Source of the DNA: Elsinoe ampelina
Lineage: Eukaryota
Assembly (NCBI GenBank): GCA_010093995.1
Contig: ML992509.1
Location: forward strand, 542,178 to 606,177
Direction of reading: 5' to 3'
DNA length: 64,000 bases
The notes beneath the pieces were generated by a model. That model had not been told where the DNA came from. It was given only the letters and a program-made list of their open reading frames with translations, and did no database searches. The position numbers and the translations under genes are program-made. Position 1 is the stretch's first letter. Each line of letters opens with the position of its first letter. Below, one piece after another: positions 12,546-24,100 of this stretch.

Positions 12546-12947
12546 ATGGTCCTCAAAATCCGCCTCGCCCGCTTCGGCAAGCGCCACAGTCCCTTCTACA
12601 ACATCGTCGTCGCGCACGCCCGCACCGCGCGCGGCTCCAAACCCCTCGAAGTCCTCGGCACCTTCGACCCCATCCCCAAAACACCCTTGCCCACCCGCGA
12701 CGACGATACCCCTGCGGAGAAGTTGAAGAAGTACAAGGATGTCAAGCTGGATGTGGATCGGGCGAGGTATTGGTTGGGGGTGGGCGCGCAGCCGAGTGAT
12801 CCCATGTGGAAGCTGCTTGGGATGATAGGGTTGGTGGTGCCGAAGAGTAAGGGGAGGAAGGTGTTGGAGGTTGGGCAGGGGGAGGGAACGGCGGTGGAAG
12901 CGAAGGCGGTGGAAACGAAGGTGGTGGAAACGAAGGCGGTGGAGTAG
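12546..12947 (+). CDS. MRPS16: Mitochondrial ribosomal protein S16 (bS16m)
   Basis: MVLKIRLARFG..PFYNIVVA..EVLGTFDP..RARYWLGVGAQPS. Confidence 0.95.
   Translation: MVLKIRLARFGKRHSPFYNIVVAHARTARGSKPLEVLGTFDPIPKTPLPTRDDDTPAEKLKKYKDVKLDVDRARYWLGVGAQPSDPMWKLLGMIGLVVPKSKGRKVLEVGQGEGTAVEAKAVETKVVETKAVE
12891..12944 (+). repeat. 15-bp tandem repeat (~3.6 copies) encoding the K(A/V)VET tail of S16
   Basis: GCGGTGGAAGCGAAG GCGGTGGAAACGAAG GTGGTGGAAACGAAG GCGGTGGAG. Confidence 0.8.
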
Positions 12948-13519
12948 TGAGGATTATGGAGGCTCCAATGGGATTGATGGAGGCATAGCGCGGCGTTTGA
13001 AGGAAGTTTCATCGACTACTATAGAGAGCATCTTGCGCTGGCGAGCCCAGTACATCCGAAGAGCGCTCGAAAGGCACAGAAGGACGAGCTCACTCGCGTG
13101 CTACCAGGCTACGAAGCCTGGAGTAAGACCGTACCCGGTTTGGAGTCGGGCATGCGAGCTGGACACAGGGTGGAAGGTCACGAACGGGCTCAATAAGGAT
13201 CGGAGACGAGAACGGAGTGCGACGGAAGGTCCTTGGTCACTAAACAGGAGCTGGAAGGACCAGCATGCCAATGGAAGGAGGCAGAGCAAATGTACAATAT
13301 TACATCATCATCACATAGTTCAGGCAGAAGGACAAAGTTGGACAGTCAAAACATCATTGGTATTCCCTCAAAAGCATGCTAGTTTACATAACTGCTGCTG
13401 GATCCATGACCGTAAAACTCCTTCCCATGTTGAGCAGGTACTTGCTGCTAGCGACGCGACATCATGAAATCCGTAAAGCAAAGAGACATGCACCGACCGG
13501 CTTGACCAAGTTGACAAGC

Positions 13520-14118
<599 letters not shown>

Positions 14119-14751
14119 GATGATGGATTAGTTGTGAAGTTGTTTGAAGATGGAGTTGATAGTGGTTGACGAGATATCGATGGAACGCGAGATGTTGTTG
14201 GACGTGCGCGTGGATGTGGGTGGAGAGAAAAGAGAAAGGTCGGCGGGGAAGTTCTTTATAGGAAAAGGGCGGGCTGTGGACGAGATCACAGAAAGAGTGA
14301 TCCTGAGAGTAAAGCTAAGCCTGAAGCGGCAGCGGCAGCAAGAGGCAGCAGCAACGACGAGAAAATCAAAGCAGGCCTGGGCGTCGCGACAAAATTGGAT
14401 CGTTCGGAAAGCAGGCGATTGTCCGGGTGCCATTTGGGTGAGCAGAAAGCGCGCTGAGCGACTCTGAGGATAAAGTCTTGGCAAAACACCGAAACGCCAG
14501 AACTTCAAATTTAGTTGACACCCCACGCGTTGCTCCAAGTCAACTTCATGGAGTCATTTACCTTCACCACTCGAGCGCATGTGATCGCAGCTTCTCGCAC
14601 ATGTTGAGTGCCCCCTTGGTGTTTTACGCATATTACCGCTGTGCTTCCATCAGGTGACGACTTCACACAGCATCTGCCACCTTGGCTCGACTCCAATCCT
14701 GCCACGACAGCGCGAGATCTATGGATGGACTGCGAAAATATCATATCAAGC

Positions 14752-17700
14752 CTATATTCTATATGGCTTCCTTTCACCGCCAGATCCTCTTATGGACGTC
14801 TGACCACCATGATACGCAGAGGACCTTCTCCTCAGATCTGGCCCCCTGGCAGGCATAGCCAATGCAACAGGTTCTCTCCTGCCCGCCCTTGGCCGTGCCT
14901 CGATTTGCTTCTTGTCTGGGTCCCTGAAATGCACCACATTGCTACCTCGAGACAAGCTTGGTTGTACACCAGTCGCATCAGCTCGCCGACTTTGATTACT
15001 CTCCACCGACGACCACGACGAGGATCTGGGCCTCTGTTGTCTTCTCATGATGTAGACTCCTTGACGAGGCGATGATGCCGAGGGAAGCCTTCGCGGCCCG
15101 ACGTTGGCGAAGCGGACTGTCTTCTCGCCACCACGAGCCGTTGCTTCTGTGCTCCATGATCGCGCACTGTGCCCCAGCTCATATTCTGTGGTATCCGTTG
15201 GCGTATCAGGACCGCGTCTTCCTCGCTGAGGTTCCTCGTCGAATCTATGGACTGCCGCTGTGCTCCACGACCGGCTTCCGTCATTCACTCTCGGGTCTTT
15301 GCCACTGGTTGATGGGCTTGGGGCACGTCTCCCTCGCCACTCTTCAGAGAGATGTCGCCTTTTTTCCCGAGTGGTCGTTGGGGCTGGGGCACGCACTCCT
15401 TGCGTGTCCTCGTTGTGTAATTGATTGGAGCTGATATCGTTATTGAAAACCATTCCTCGTCTCGACTGCGGATGGTTCATTTTTGAGTGAGCCTTCATGG
15501 CAGCCAGTGCCTGTTCGCGGGGCACCCGCCGGTCGTGCCTGTCTCCGTCATGTGCCTGACTGGTGCGAGGGGACTGCTCTTTGGTCCTCGTCATCTCTGA
15601 GTCGGTAGCTCCGCCCAGGGATACTTGCGCGGCGTCTGCATGTGTCCGACCACGATCATGGTCCGTACTATCGTCCAAGCTATCTGACTCAGTGTAGCTG
15701 TCTGTATAACTATCATGTGCATTGCGGTCAATCTTGTTGGCCCGTGGATCCTTTCTGACCTTGTTGCGAGGCGTGCGAAACAAACTTAGCACGCCTGTCG
15801 CGATGGCTGCGGCTGCAGCAACACGTTGTTTGCCGTTGCTTCTGGACTTACCCTCCGCACTGTCCCTCTCATTAGGAACGTTTCGCGATGGTGTTTCTCG
15901 TGGCCATCCAGGTCGCTGACTTCCATCTTCTGAAGAGAAGCTTGCCGAGGAGAAGTGCTGTGACTGTCCGCGCTGTCCTGCTCCCTCACCGGATTGCGGC
16001 TGTACAATACCACGAGCAATATGCTTGGAATCGAGCTCAGCTCGCTCATGTGCTGAAGGATTCTTTTCTCTCTCGTTTCCCAATGTGAGCCCACCGCTCA
16101 TGGATGGTGCAGAGTCTACACGATCAGGGTGACTATGGCCAAGTGGTCTTAGCGAAGGTGATGCAATAGCCGCAAATCCTCCAAGATCTGGGTCGGGCTC
16201 CCTAGCCGCGGTGAAAGGTGAATTGTCTGGGTGTAGCATGATAGGAACAGGCTCGTGTGCAGGCAAGGATTCTCTTGCACCAAAAGGGTGCATGTAGTGA
16301 ACACTCCCCACATCTTTCATGCTGTGGGCTGGGGCGTCTTTGCGAGCCTCGTTCTGCGTTGCATCGACGATGTGAACCCCTTGAGGAGTGACTGCATTGG
16401 GATGAGGGTGCTGTAACCCATTCGTTGCACGCTCGTCTGAGCCATTGACAGATGCATAGCTCTCTGGTGGTCCGTCTCTGCACGGAGCAATGGTCCGCAT
16501 GCTCAGCGCTGCGTCATGATCGGCGTTTGCCAACGACGTCTGCTTCCTCCTCGCATCCACCTTCGCTAGGTCGCCGTCCAGTTGTGATCGCTCAGCCATC
16601 ATTGCAGCCGTTTTGACTTTGGACTTGATTGGAGACAAGATACTTTCCTCTGCATCAGCATCATCGGCTGTAGAGTCCCCATCCGAACCGACTTTCGAAA
16701 GTGGAGAACCTGACTTTGTTCTGGCATGGGTACGGCCCGCACGATTGATGACACCGCGTCTGATAGGTCTGAAAGGCTTCAGTGGCCGATCCGAAGCCTG
16801 CCTCTTGTGAGGAGTAGTGTGATGCAGTATACACTTCGCGTATGCAGCTGCCGCAGCTGCCGCATATGGTTGCCATTGCTTGTCTTTCTGTCCATCGGCG
16901 TAATCGCACACTCCTCTGATGACACCAGCCGGTAGGATGTTCATGGTTCCGGCCGCTTCCATTTCCAGACCAATTATTCCATAATCGTCACGTAATTGGT
17001 CGCGCTTCCTGGCACTTTTCACGAGCGCATCTCCAAATCCTATTCTTCCATACCACACATAAGTCCTACACGAGTCTGGGCGTTTTGGTCTGGGAATCAC
17101 CACGGCCTCGCTGCTGTCGGCAGACCTAGTCGCGAGGAGAATGTCGTGTTCTTCAGACGGGCAGTCGAATTTGGATGACCGATCTGGCGGTCGCACCACT
17201 TTTAGATATTGAGCACATTCGTTCCCGTCTTCGAATGGAAACTCGGAGGTGTATTTGATGTAGCCAAAGGCCTTCCTTATAACAGCATCCGTCTGTGCCT
17301 GTCGACCGGTCGGTGTGAACTTGATACCACCATCGCTTGACGTGTATTTCCCGTGATCGTACTGCACGATCCCTGGGCTGAGCTGATCCGGCACACACAC
17401 GAGCACATCACCGAGGCGGATGTCCCGTCTTTGCAATGGATCGTCCGATAGGTTCGGTATTCCAGCAGCGACCCCTACGAGCAAAGCGAACCAGATGTTG
17501 CGGAAGCGTCGTCTGACATCCGTTGCCAGCTCAGCAGCAGACCCTATACCATATGACTGTCCGATCGGCCATGTTGCAATGACAACGTTGTGCCCGCAAA
17601 TCTCGCCACCAATGAAGAGGCTAGATGTGGAATCGCCTGGTAAAGTCTCGAAGTGTCCATCATGGCGGCGATCAAACATTCTGATCGCCGCCTCGGTCTC

Positions 17701-17760
17701 GATAGGTAAGACCGCGATCCATGCTATCCTGTAGTCCTCATACCTTAGAACAGGCGCCAT
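14752..17760 (-). CDS. Pfs/PNP_UDP_1 (nucleoside phosphorylase-like) domain protein with a long low-complexity C-terminus
   Basis: N-terminal ~320 aa: IAWIAVLPIE, GHNVVIA, LLVGVAAG.P, DIRLGDVLV, QYDHGK, GLEMEAAG, VIRGVCDYAD..K.K.WQPYAA; the remaining ~680 aa are R/S/D/P-rich. Confidence 0.85.
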   Translation of the reverse strand: MAPVLRYEDYRIAWIAVLPIETEAAIRMFDRRHDGHFETLPGDSTSSLFIGGEICGHNVVIATWPIGQSYGIGSAAELATDVRRRFRNIWFALLVGVAAGIPNLSDDPLQRRDIRLGDVLVCVPDQLSPGIVQYDHGKYTSSDGGIKFTPTGRQAQTDAVIRKAFGYIKYTSEFPFEDGNECAQYLKVVRPPDRSSKFDCPSEEHDILLATRSADSSEAVVIPRPKRPDSCRTYVWYGRIGFGDALVKSARKRDQLRDDYGIIGLEMEAAGTMNILPAGVIRGVCDYADGQKDKQWQPYAAAAAAAYAKCILHHTTPHKRQASDRPLKPFRPIRRGVINRAGRTHARTKSGSPLSKVGSDGDSTADDADAEESILSPIKSKVKTAAMMAERSQLDGDLAKVDARRKQTSLANADHDAALSMRTIAPCRDGPPESYASVNGSDERATNGLQHPHPNAVTPQGVHIVDATQNEARKDAPAHSMKDVGSVHYMHPFGARESLPAHEPVPIMLHPDNSPFTAAREPDPDLGGFAAIASPSLRPLGHSHPDRVDSAPSMSGGLTLGNEREKNPSAHERAELDSKHIARGIVQPQSGEGAGQRGQSQHFSSASFSSEDGSQRPGWPRETPSRNVPNERDSAEGKSRSNGKQRVAAAAAIATGVLSLFRTPRNKVRKDPRANKIDRNAHDSYTDSYTESDSLDDSTDHDRGRTHADAAQVSLGGATDSEMTRTKEQSPRTSQAHDGDRHDRRVPREQALAAMKAHSKMNHPQSRRGMVFNNDISSNQLHNEDTQGVRAPAPTTTREKRRHLSEEWRGRRAPSPSTSGKDPRVNDGSRSWSTAAVHRFDEEPQRGRRGPDTPTDTTEYELGHSARSWSTEATARGGEKTVRFANVGPRRLPSASSPRQGVYIMRRQQRPRSSSWSSVESNQSRRADATGVQPSLSRGSNVVHFRDPDKKQIEARPRAGRREPVALAMPARGPDLRRRSSAYHGGQTSIRGSGGERKPYRI

Positions 17761-18333
17761 CACCTTCCCGAATCACATTGGCCTGTCCTCAACATGTCGG
17801 CATATACATCACGACCCTTGCAGATTCACAATGAGCATGAAGGGGAAATGTCACCAACCTTTGCCTCGTTCCTGCTGACCCCACTGCGGCTGAGCCGCCC
17901 TCCAATCATGACAGTGTTTGTTAGCCGAGTCAAGAAACCAGGTATGCGAGCAATGGGTGCAGCATCGACAGAATTTTTGACTAGCCGGCGATGCAGTGCT
18001 GAGAGCAGCAGCTGAAGAATGAGGAATGGTCATGAGATATCCTCAGCGAAGAAACCATGACGAAGTCCGTTTGAAAACCAAGGCGGACCCACCACATGCC
18101 CGAAGCATCCTATAATGCCACTGCACGGCACGACACCTCTGGAACAACGAGACTCACACCGCTTCATGCATGGACGATCACATACATTGTGGATGAGCCT
18201 CTTCATTGAGACCGACTAACGTGACAGGACAAGTAGGTCTCCGTGCAAAGGCCGCGCATGTAAGTTGAACATCGCGTGGATTAGATTGCCGAACAAAGCT
18301 TGAACTTCCTTTCCACTCAGTCACAATCCAGCA

Positions 18334-19170
18334 ATGATCGTGTCGAATCGCATCACATCGAGCAATGGGCTCCGGTATATAGCTCGCACGCAGCTATGCA
18401 CTTTTCGGGTAATACCATTGACCCGAACATGGCCCCCAGGGCCCGAACAATGCCGTCGTCAATTGGACAGACCACAGCCACGATCCCGACAATTCTCAAC
18501 CACTCAAACATGCCTTAAGAAGAAGAGCAAAGGCAACACAGATGACACGCCCTCAAAAAAAGACAAGTCCCCAGCCCCAACCTCCAGCGACGACCCCTTC
18601 GACCTCACCACCCTCGAAGACGACCTCTCCAAAACCACCGACAAGCTCAAATCGGACCTCTCCAAACTGCGCTCCGGCGGCCGCTTCAACCCCCAAGTCC
18701 TCGAGACCCTGCGAGTCCAACCAGAAAAAGACGTCAAAACCTCATACCCACTGCAAGACCTCGCGCAAATAATCCCTCGCGGCGGCCGCGAGATCCAAAT
18801 CCTCATCAACGACGCCGCACACATCAAAGCCGTCACGTCGGCAATCCAATCCTCCTCCCTATCCCTCACGCCCCAACCCGATCCCACGGGCCACAACCCC
18901 CAGATGTTAGTCGTCAAGATCCCCCCTCCCACGGCGGAGAGTCGGAAAGCGACGCTCAACGAGGCGGGTAAAGCGGGCGATGTAGCGCAGAACGCGGTGC
19001 GGAACGCGAGGGGGACGCAGCAGAAGAAGTTCCGCAAGATGGAGCTGGGGAAGACGGTGAGGCCGGATGATCTGAAGAAGGCGCAGGGGAAGATGGAGGA
19101 GGTGGTGAAGAAGGCGGGGGAGGAGGTGAAGAGGATTGTGGATGGGGCGAAGAGGGCGTTGGATTCGTGA
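18334..19170 (+). CDS. RRF1: Mitochondrial ribosome recycling factor
   Basis: Arg-rich presequence ending RQFSTT; LSKLRSGGRFNP, PLQDLAQI, KIPPPTAESRK, VRNAR, PDDLKK motifs. Confidence 0.88.
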   Translation: MIVSNRITSSNGLRYIARTQLCTFRVIPLTRTWPPGPEQCRRQLDRPQPRSRQFSTTQTCLKKKSKGNTDDTPSKKDKSPAPTSSDDPFDLTTLEDDLSKTTDKLKSDLSKLRSGGRFNPQVLETLRVQPEKDVKTSYPLQDLAQIIPRGGREIQILINDAAHIKAVTSAIQSSSLSLTPQPDPTGHNPQMLVVKIPPPTAESRKATLNEAGKAGDVAQNAVRNARGTQQKKFRKMELGKTVRPDDLKKAQGKMEEVVKKAGEEVKRIVDGAKRALDS

Positions 19171-19289
19171 TGGGGGGATGGTCAAAAGTTCATGTGTTAT
19201 ACAGCTGTAGATACCACCTCGCCATGCTTGGATCGTCACTCGTCATATGTACATTACTCCTCTCTCGAGCCTCTCTCGAGGGACCGGCA

Positions 19290-19970
19290 TCACTCTGGAT
19301 GCGGCCCTGTCCTCATCTTCTCCATCACTTCTGGTTTCGGTTTAACATCGCACACCTCTCCACAATTGCTACACTTCCTCAGATCCTCCCTCTTCTCAAA
19401 AGCCTGCACCGCCTCCTTGATCTGCGTCCCCAGATCCGTACAAACAAACGCATCCTCGTGTACCTTCTCCCCACAGCCCTGGCAATACCACCTCAACCGA
19501 TCCACCTCCCCCTCCGGCCGCGGCTGCTCGATCACCACACCCACCGTGTCCGCGAACCGTACGGGGTTATGTGGCGTGTTACCCGGAAGCAGAAACATCT
19601 CGCCCTCGTCAATGTAGACATCCCTGAACGCCCCGTCTTGCACGGTCTTGAGTAACATTCGCCCTTTGTATTGGTAGAAGAATTCGGGCGTCGAGTTGAT
19701 GTGGTAGTCTGTGCGCGCGTTGGGACCGCCGACGATCATGACTGTCATGGGGTCGGAGTGGACGCAGTAGTTGTTGATCGGGGGCTTGAGGAGGTGCGAG
19801 TTCTCGGAGAGCCATTTGGGGAGGTTGAGAGGGGGGAGGAGCGCGGGGCGGGGTTGGGTGGTGGTGAATGCTCGGGGGCTGTGGGATGCGGAGGGTATGG
19901 TAGTTCGGGTGGTTGGAAGGAAATGACGGGCGGGCGCTGCTCGCCGGAGCAGCGGTCGTAAGGAATGCAT
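19290..19970 (-). CDS. BNA1: 3-hydroxyanthranilate 3,4-dioxygenase with an N-terminal extension
   Basis: [54 protein letters not shown]; best ATG is 19970. Confidence 0.95.
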   Translation of the reverse strand: MHSLRPLLRRAAPARHFLPTTRTTIPSASHSPRAFTTTQPRPALLPPLNLPKWLSENSHLLKPPINNYCVHSDPMTVMIVGGPNARTDYHINSTPEFFYQYKGRMLLKTVQDGAFRDVYIDEGEMFLLPGNTPHNPVRFADTVGVVIEQPRPEGEVDRLRWYCQGCGEKVHEDAFVCTDLGTQIKEAVQAFEKREDLRKCSNCGEVCDVKPKPEVMEKMRTGPHPE

Positions 19971-20286
19971 GGTGAAGATGTTGTGAAGGTGCAAATGAGT
20001 GAGCAATGAAGCTTTGAAATTCAAAAATAACCATCTCCCCCACGTCATGGATTGCGGCCAATTGAGCCGAGCGGGCCTCCGCGGGCTCGGAAGGTGCCGA
20101 TTGGCCGTCGTGGCTGCCCTCCCACAAAGTAGCACGCGAACCCGTGATGCAACGTGTATTGCCCTTGGTTTGAGCAAGTTTCCTCTGATAAACTTACCTC
20201 GACATTGTTTCAACAGGCACAACATCCTATTCTTTCGCTACATCTACACTCGTAAATCACATCTACAATCGTCAAACCCAGCAAAT

Positions 20287-21017
20287 ATGGACCACTCGCA
20301 TATGGACCACGGCGGAATGGATCACGGACACGGCGGCATGGACCATGGAGATATGGACATGGGGAAGTGCAGTATGAACGTACGGAAACATGTTTCTCAG
20401 CCTGTATTAATGGATCTAATAACACTCCCCAGATGCTATTCACATGGTCAACCAAGAACCTCTGCATCGTCTTTGAAGGCTGGCGCATAACCGGCACCAC
20501 ATCCCTCATCTTCTCACTCCTCGCCATCGTCGCTCTGACTGCCGGGTATGAACTCGTCCGAGAGCTGTCACGGAAATACGAAACGACTCTGTCCGGCGGC
20601 AAGGACGTTGCACGTGAGTATTCCTTCTTTCCCCCCTCTTCCATGCCAGTCTACCTTCTGGTATCTCCATCCGGATCGTGCTGCATGAGAACACATCGCT
20701 GAGCCCGTTGGCTAGCCACTCTCTCGTCGCCCTCGCCCGATACAGAACGCCGCTCACTGCTGAGGCCAGGACGATCGACAGCTTCCGAGGAACAGAGATC
20801 GAAGATTATCAAGGCGACCTTCTACGCAGTGCAGGTGTTTTATTCCTTCTTTATCATGTAAGTGCACCCCTCTAGCCGCCCAAGGAGTGCTGATCTGAAC
20901 AGGCTTCTCTTCATGACATACAACGGGTGGGTCATGCTCGCAGTCGCAGTCGGAGCATTCGTTGGCTACCTCATGTTCGGCAATAGCACCGCCACAAAGA
21001 CCGTGGCATGTCACTAG
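20287..21017 (+). CDS. CTR2: Ctr-family copper transporter (Ctr2-like), multi-exon
   Basis: MDH-repeat N-terminus, CSMN/MLFTW across an intron, YAVQVFYSFFIM/LLFMTYNGWV (MxxxM), C-terminal ACH*. Confidence 0.9.
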
Positions 21018-21150
21018 GACGAACCACCCACAGACACTGGCGCAGATACAAGCGAGGACATCGAGTTGCGAGACCAGGCATCGCAGGTTTCGCAGGTAAC
21101 ACAGCAAGCCTTGCAGTAAATCGATTTATGAAACTATCCCAACCCAGTAT

Positions 21151-24100
21151 CTACTCCTCTTCGTCATCATCCTCCTCCATCCCCTCGGCCGCCGTGACCT
21201 CAAACGTCGGCGCCTGATCCACCCCAACATAACTATCACTCATCAAATACAGCGTCAAATTATGCTTCCCCGCCTCCGGCACGGTGAAATCCATCCTCGT
21301 CTCCAACCTCTTCCCGATACTCACCCTCTTGATCCCCATCAACGCCTTTGTCTTTTCATCTCCAACAACCAACCACCAACTCTCACTCTTCTCCCCAGGG
21401 TAAAACGGCGCATGCACCGAAGTATCCACCTCCTCATCCTCGGTGTCCCTCTCCACCGTAACCCTGACAAAACTCTGCTCCCCGGCCACCACCCCCTCCG
21501 GATCCTCCAATTCAAAACTCAGTTCCAAATTGGGGTACTTCTCATTCGTGAACCGCGCCGCATCCCCGAGCTGAGCATTAGTGAGCCCCATATCCCCGAC
21601 CAACTTGCCATAATCCTTATTCTCCTCGGGATCCATCGCGTCCATGAACCCAAACACGTCCGTCACGCCGAACTTGGCGCACGCCTCGACCACCCCCGGC
21701 TCGAAATGCGGCACCTGCCGCAGCGGACTGTCGCGGTCCCACACGGCTTGCACGACCATCTGGGACATTTCCATTGCGCTGAGCGCGTTGAGGTGGGCTT
21801 CCGAGGAGAGGACGTCGACGCACGCCGAGAGCAAAGTGAGGACTTTGCCGAGGATGAGTTCTTGGTCTTTGGCGAGGTCGAGGGGGAGTTGCATGCGTGA
21901 AAAGTGGGCTTGGAGGAGCACAAAGGCTTTGAAGTGGGGCGATTCGTAGTTGGCTTCGGCCATTTTGACGGGGACCCGGTCGTAGATGCGTTTGAGCACG
22001 GATTCTTCGTGGCGTCGGATTTGTATGTCTTCGAATTCCGTGGCTGCGGTGATGATTTCGAGGATGCCTTTGAGTTTGGTCGTGCGGCGGAGGGAGAGGA
22101 GGAAGGTTTGCATTGTGATGAAGGAGATGGAGTAGTACCCTGCGATCATGCAGGCGTTGAGAGGGGTGACGGTGTCGTCTTCTTCGTCGACTTCGACGAT
22201 GGAGGCGTCGGAGAGCTCTTTGAGGGTGGTTTCGATGAGGTCGGAGAGATGGGTGTTGAAGCTGTCTTGGGTGGTCGAGGTGAGGCCGTAGAAAGAGGGA
22301 TTGGTCATTAGTCGGCGGTAGTAGAAGGTATATGTGAACCAGTTGATGGCGTCTTGCATATCGGTCATGACCTTGGCGCTGATCTCAGTGACGAAGACGT
22401 CGTGGAGATATGCTTGCAGCTGTGACTCGATCGGAAGCGCTTCTGCAAGAAACTTCTTGTAGTAATTTCTCTTGACATCCGGACACATGAGAACACCACG
22501 AGCTTTGGCGTCCTCGCCTGGTCGACCGGCCTTGCCGAACATTTGGAGTAGCTCTGAAATGGTATAGTCGATGTAACGATGAGAACGACCGTCGAACATC
22601 TGAGTGCCCATGATGATGGTCAAGTATGCTGTCGACTGAATTTCATACGCACAGTCTCGAGAGACAAGCATAACCTGAACAGCACCTACTTTGAAGAAAT
22701 GCTCCACAGCACGCTTGTCGAATGCTGACAATGCCTCGTGAAAGTATGCAATACCATGAGACAGTGACTCTGCAAGATCGCGCTCATTGATCTTCTCCAG
22801 AATTGGTGCAAGCTGGTCAGACTCTGCTTTCAGAAATCTGTCCTCTGCATCATCGGCAGCGCACTGTGCGAGCAGATCCACAGCTGTTGATCTGACTTGC
22901 TTCCTGCTTGGCAAGAACACCATAGCAGGCTTGTCCCCGGCCAGATTGATGATCGATTGGTACATGGGCTTGACCATAGCCAGCATCAATGACGGAAAGT
23001 GAGGAATGGCGAAAGACTGCAGGTTGAGCTCCAGTGGGATCGGTCGGACGTGAGGGCTGAAATTAAAGATGGTATGCTTGGTCGCACCGAACCATTCTCC
23101 AACGTCTCTTCCACTGGCAAGAGAAACGCTCAGACCAACAATGCGCATGCCGTTCTCAAGCTGCTTGCTGATCGCGTGGGCTCGCGAGACGACAGTCTCA
23201 TACACATAGCCATCCTGACCACCGATTAGATGAAGATCATCGGCGATGACCAGGTCGACGCTCTGAACATTCTTTCTTCTTTGCCAATTGCGAGAAAGCA
23301 TGTCCCACTGTTGAGGAGTAGCGAGGATGAGGTCGCCTCGTTCAAGTAGCTTGAGATCCGCTGTCGTCTCGCCGGTCAATTTGACAATCTCTTTGCCACC
23401 AGTGAGTCCTGCTAGCCTCGATTGCCAGTCCTTCAGGCGAGCGTCAATCTGCTCTTGGTATGGTGCCAAGTAGACCGAGCGTCCCCGACCTTGTTGCGAC
23501 CACTGTCGGAGCAGGGCGAATTCAGCGCACACAGTCTTGCCACTGCCAGTCGGAGCGCCAACGAAGACATTCTCGTCCTGCGTGTACAGAGCATTGAACA
23601 CCTGTGTCTGGATCTTGTTGAATCGCTCCCACTCGGGGTAAAGGTCAACAAAGTCCTGACGCTTGAGTGCGGAGACGGGAAGAGGCTGTAGATCGAGCAG
23701 TGGAGTGTGCGCTGGGAACTTCTCAGGCAAGATGAGCTTCTGAAATGACACGGCCAATCGTGCCTCCGAATGCATCCACCTATCCGAGAGGACGGTGACG
23801 AAATAGTTGGGTGGCATTGGCTCCGTGATTGGCACAGTAAAGTCAACCAGATGCTCATTCATCTCAGCGGTGGCATACTCCTTCCGCAAGAGGAATTGGT
23901 CGTGGAAAAGAATGTCTTCACCATCACAGTCCTCGACAAGGATCCAGAACATCTCTGAACGGCCGTGCAGATTCTCGTCCCATACGAAATTTGGCGTAAT
24001 GGTCAGTTCGACCCTTAGCGTGGACCTCGTCATCGGTTGCACTTGCGCCTGAACATCCAGACGTGGGAACTTCTCGATGATACCGCAAACCTGTCGACCA

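Noticed and set aside
14128..14750. Divergent histone H3 partner of H4
   Set aside because: No H3 coding sequence is present; a solo second H4 is normal in filamentous ascomycetes.
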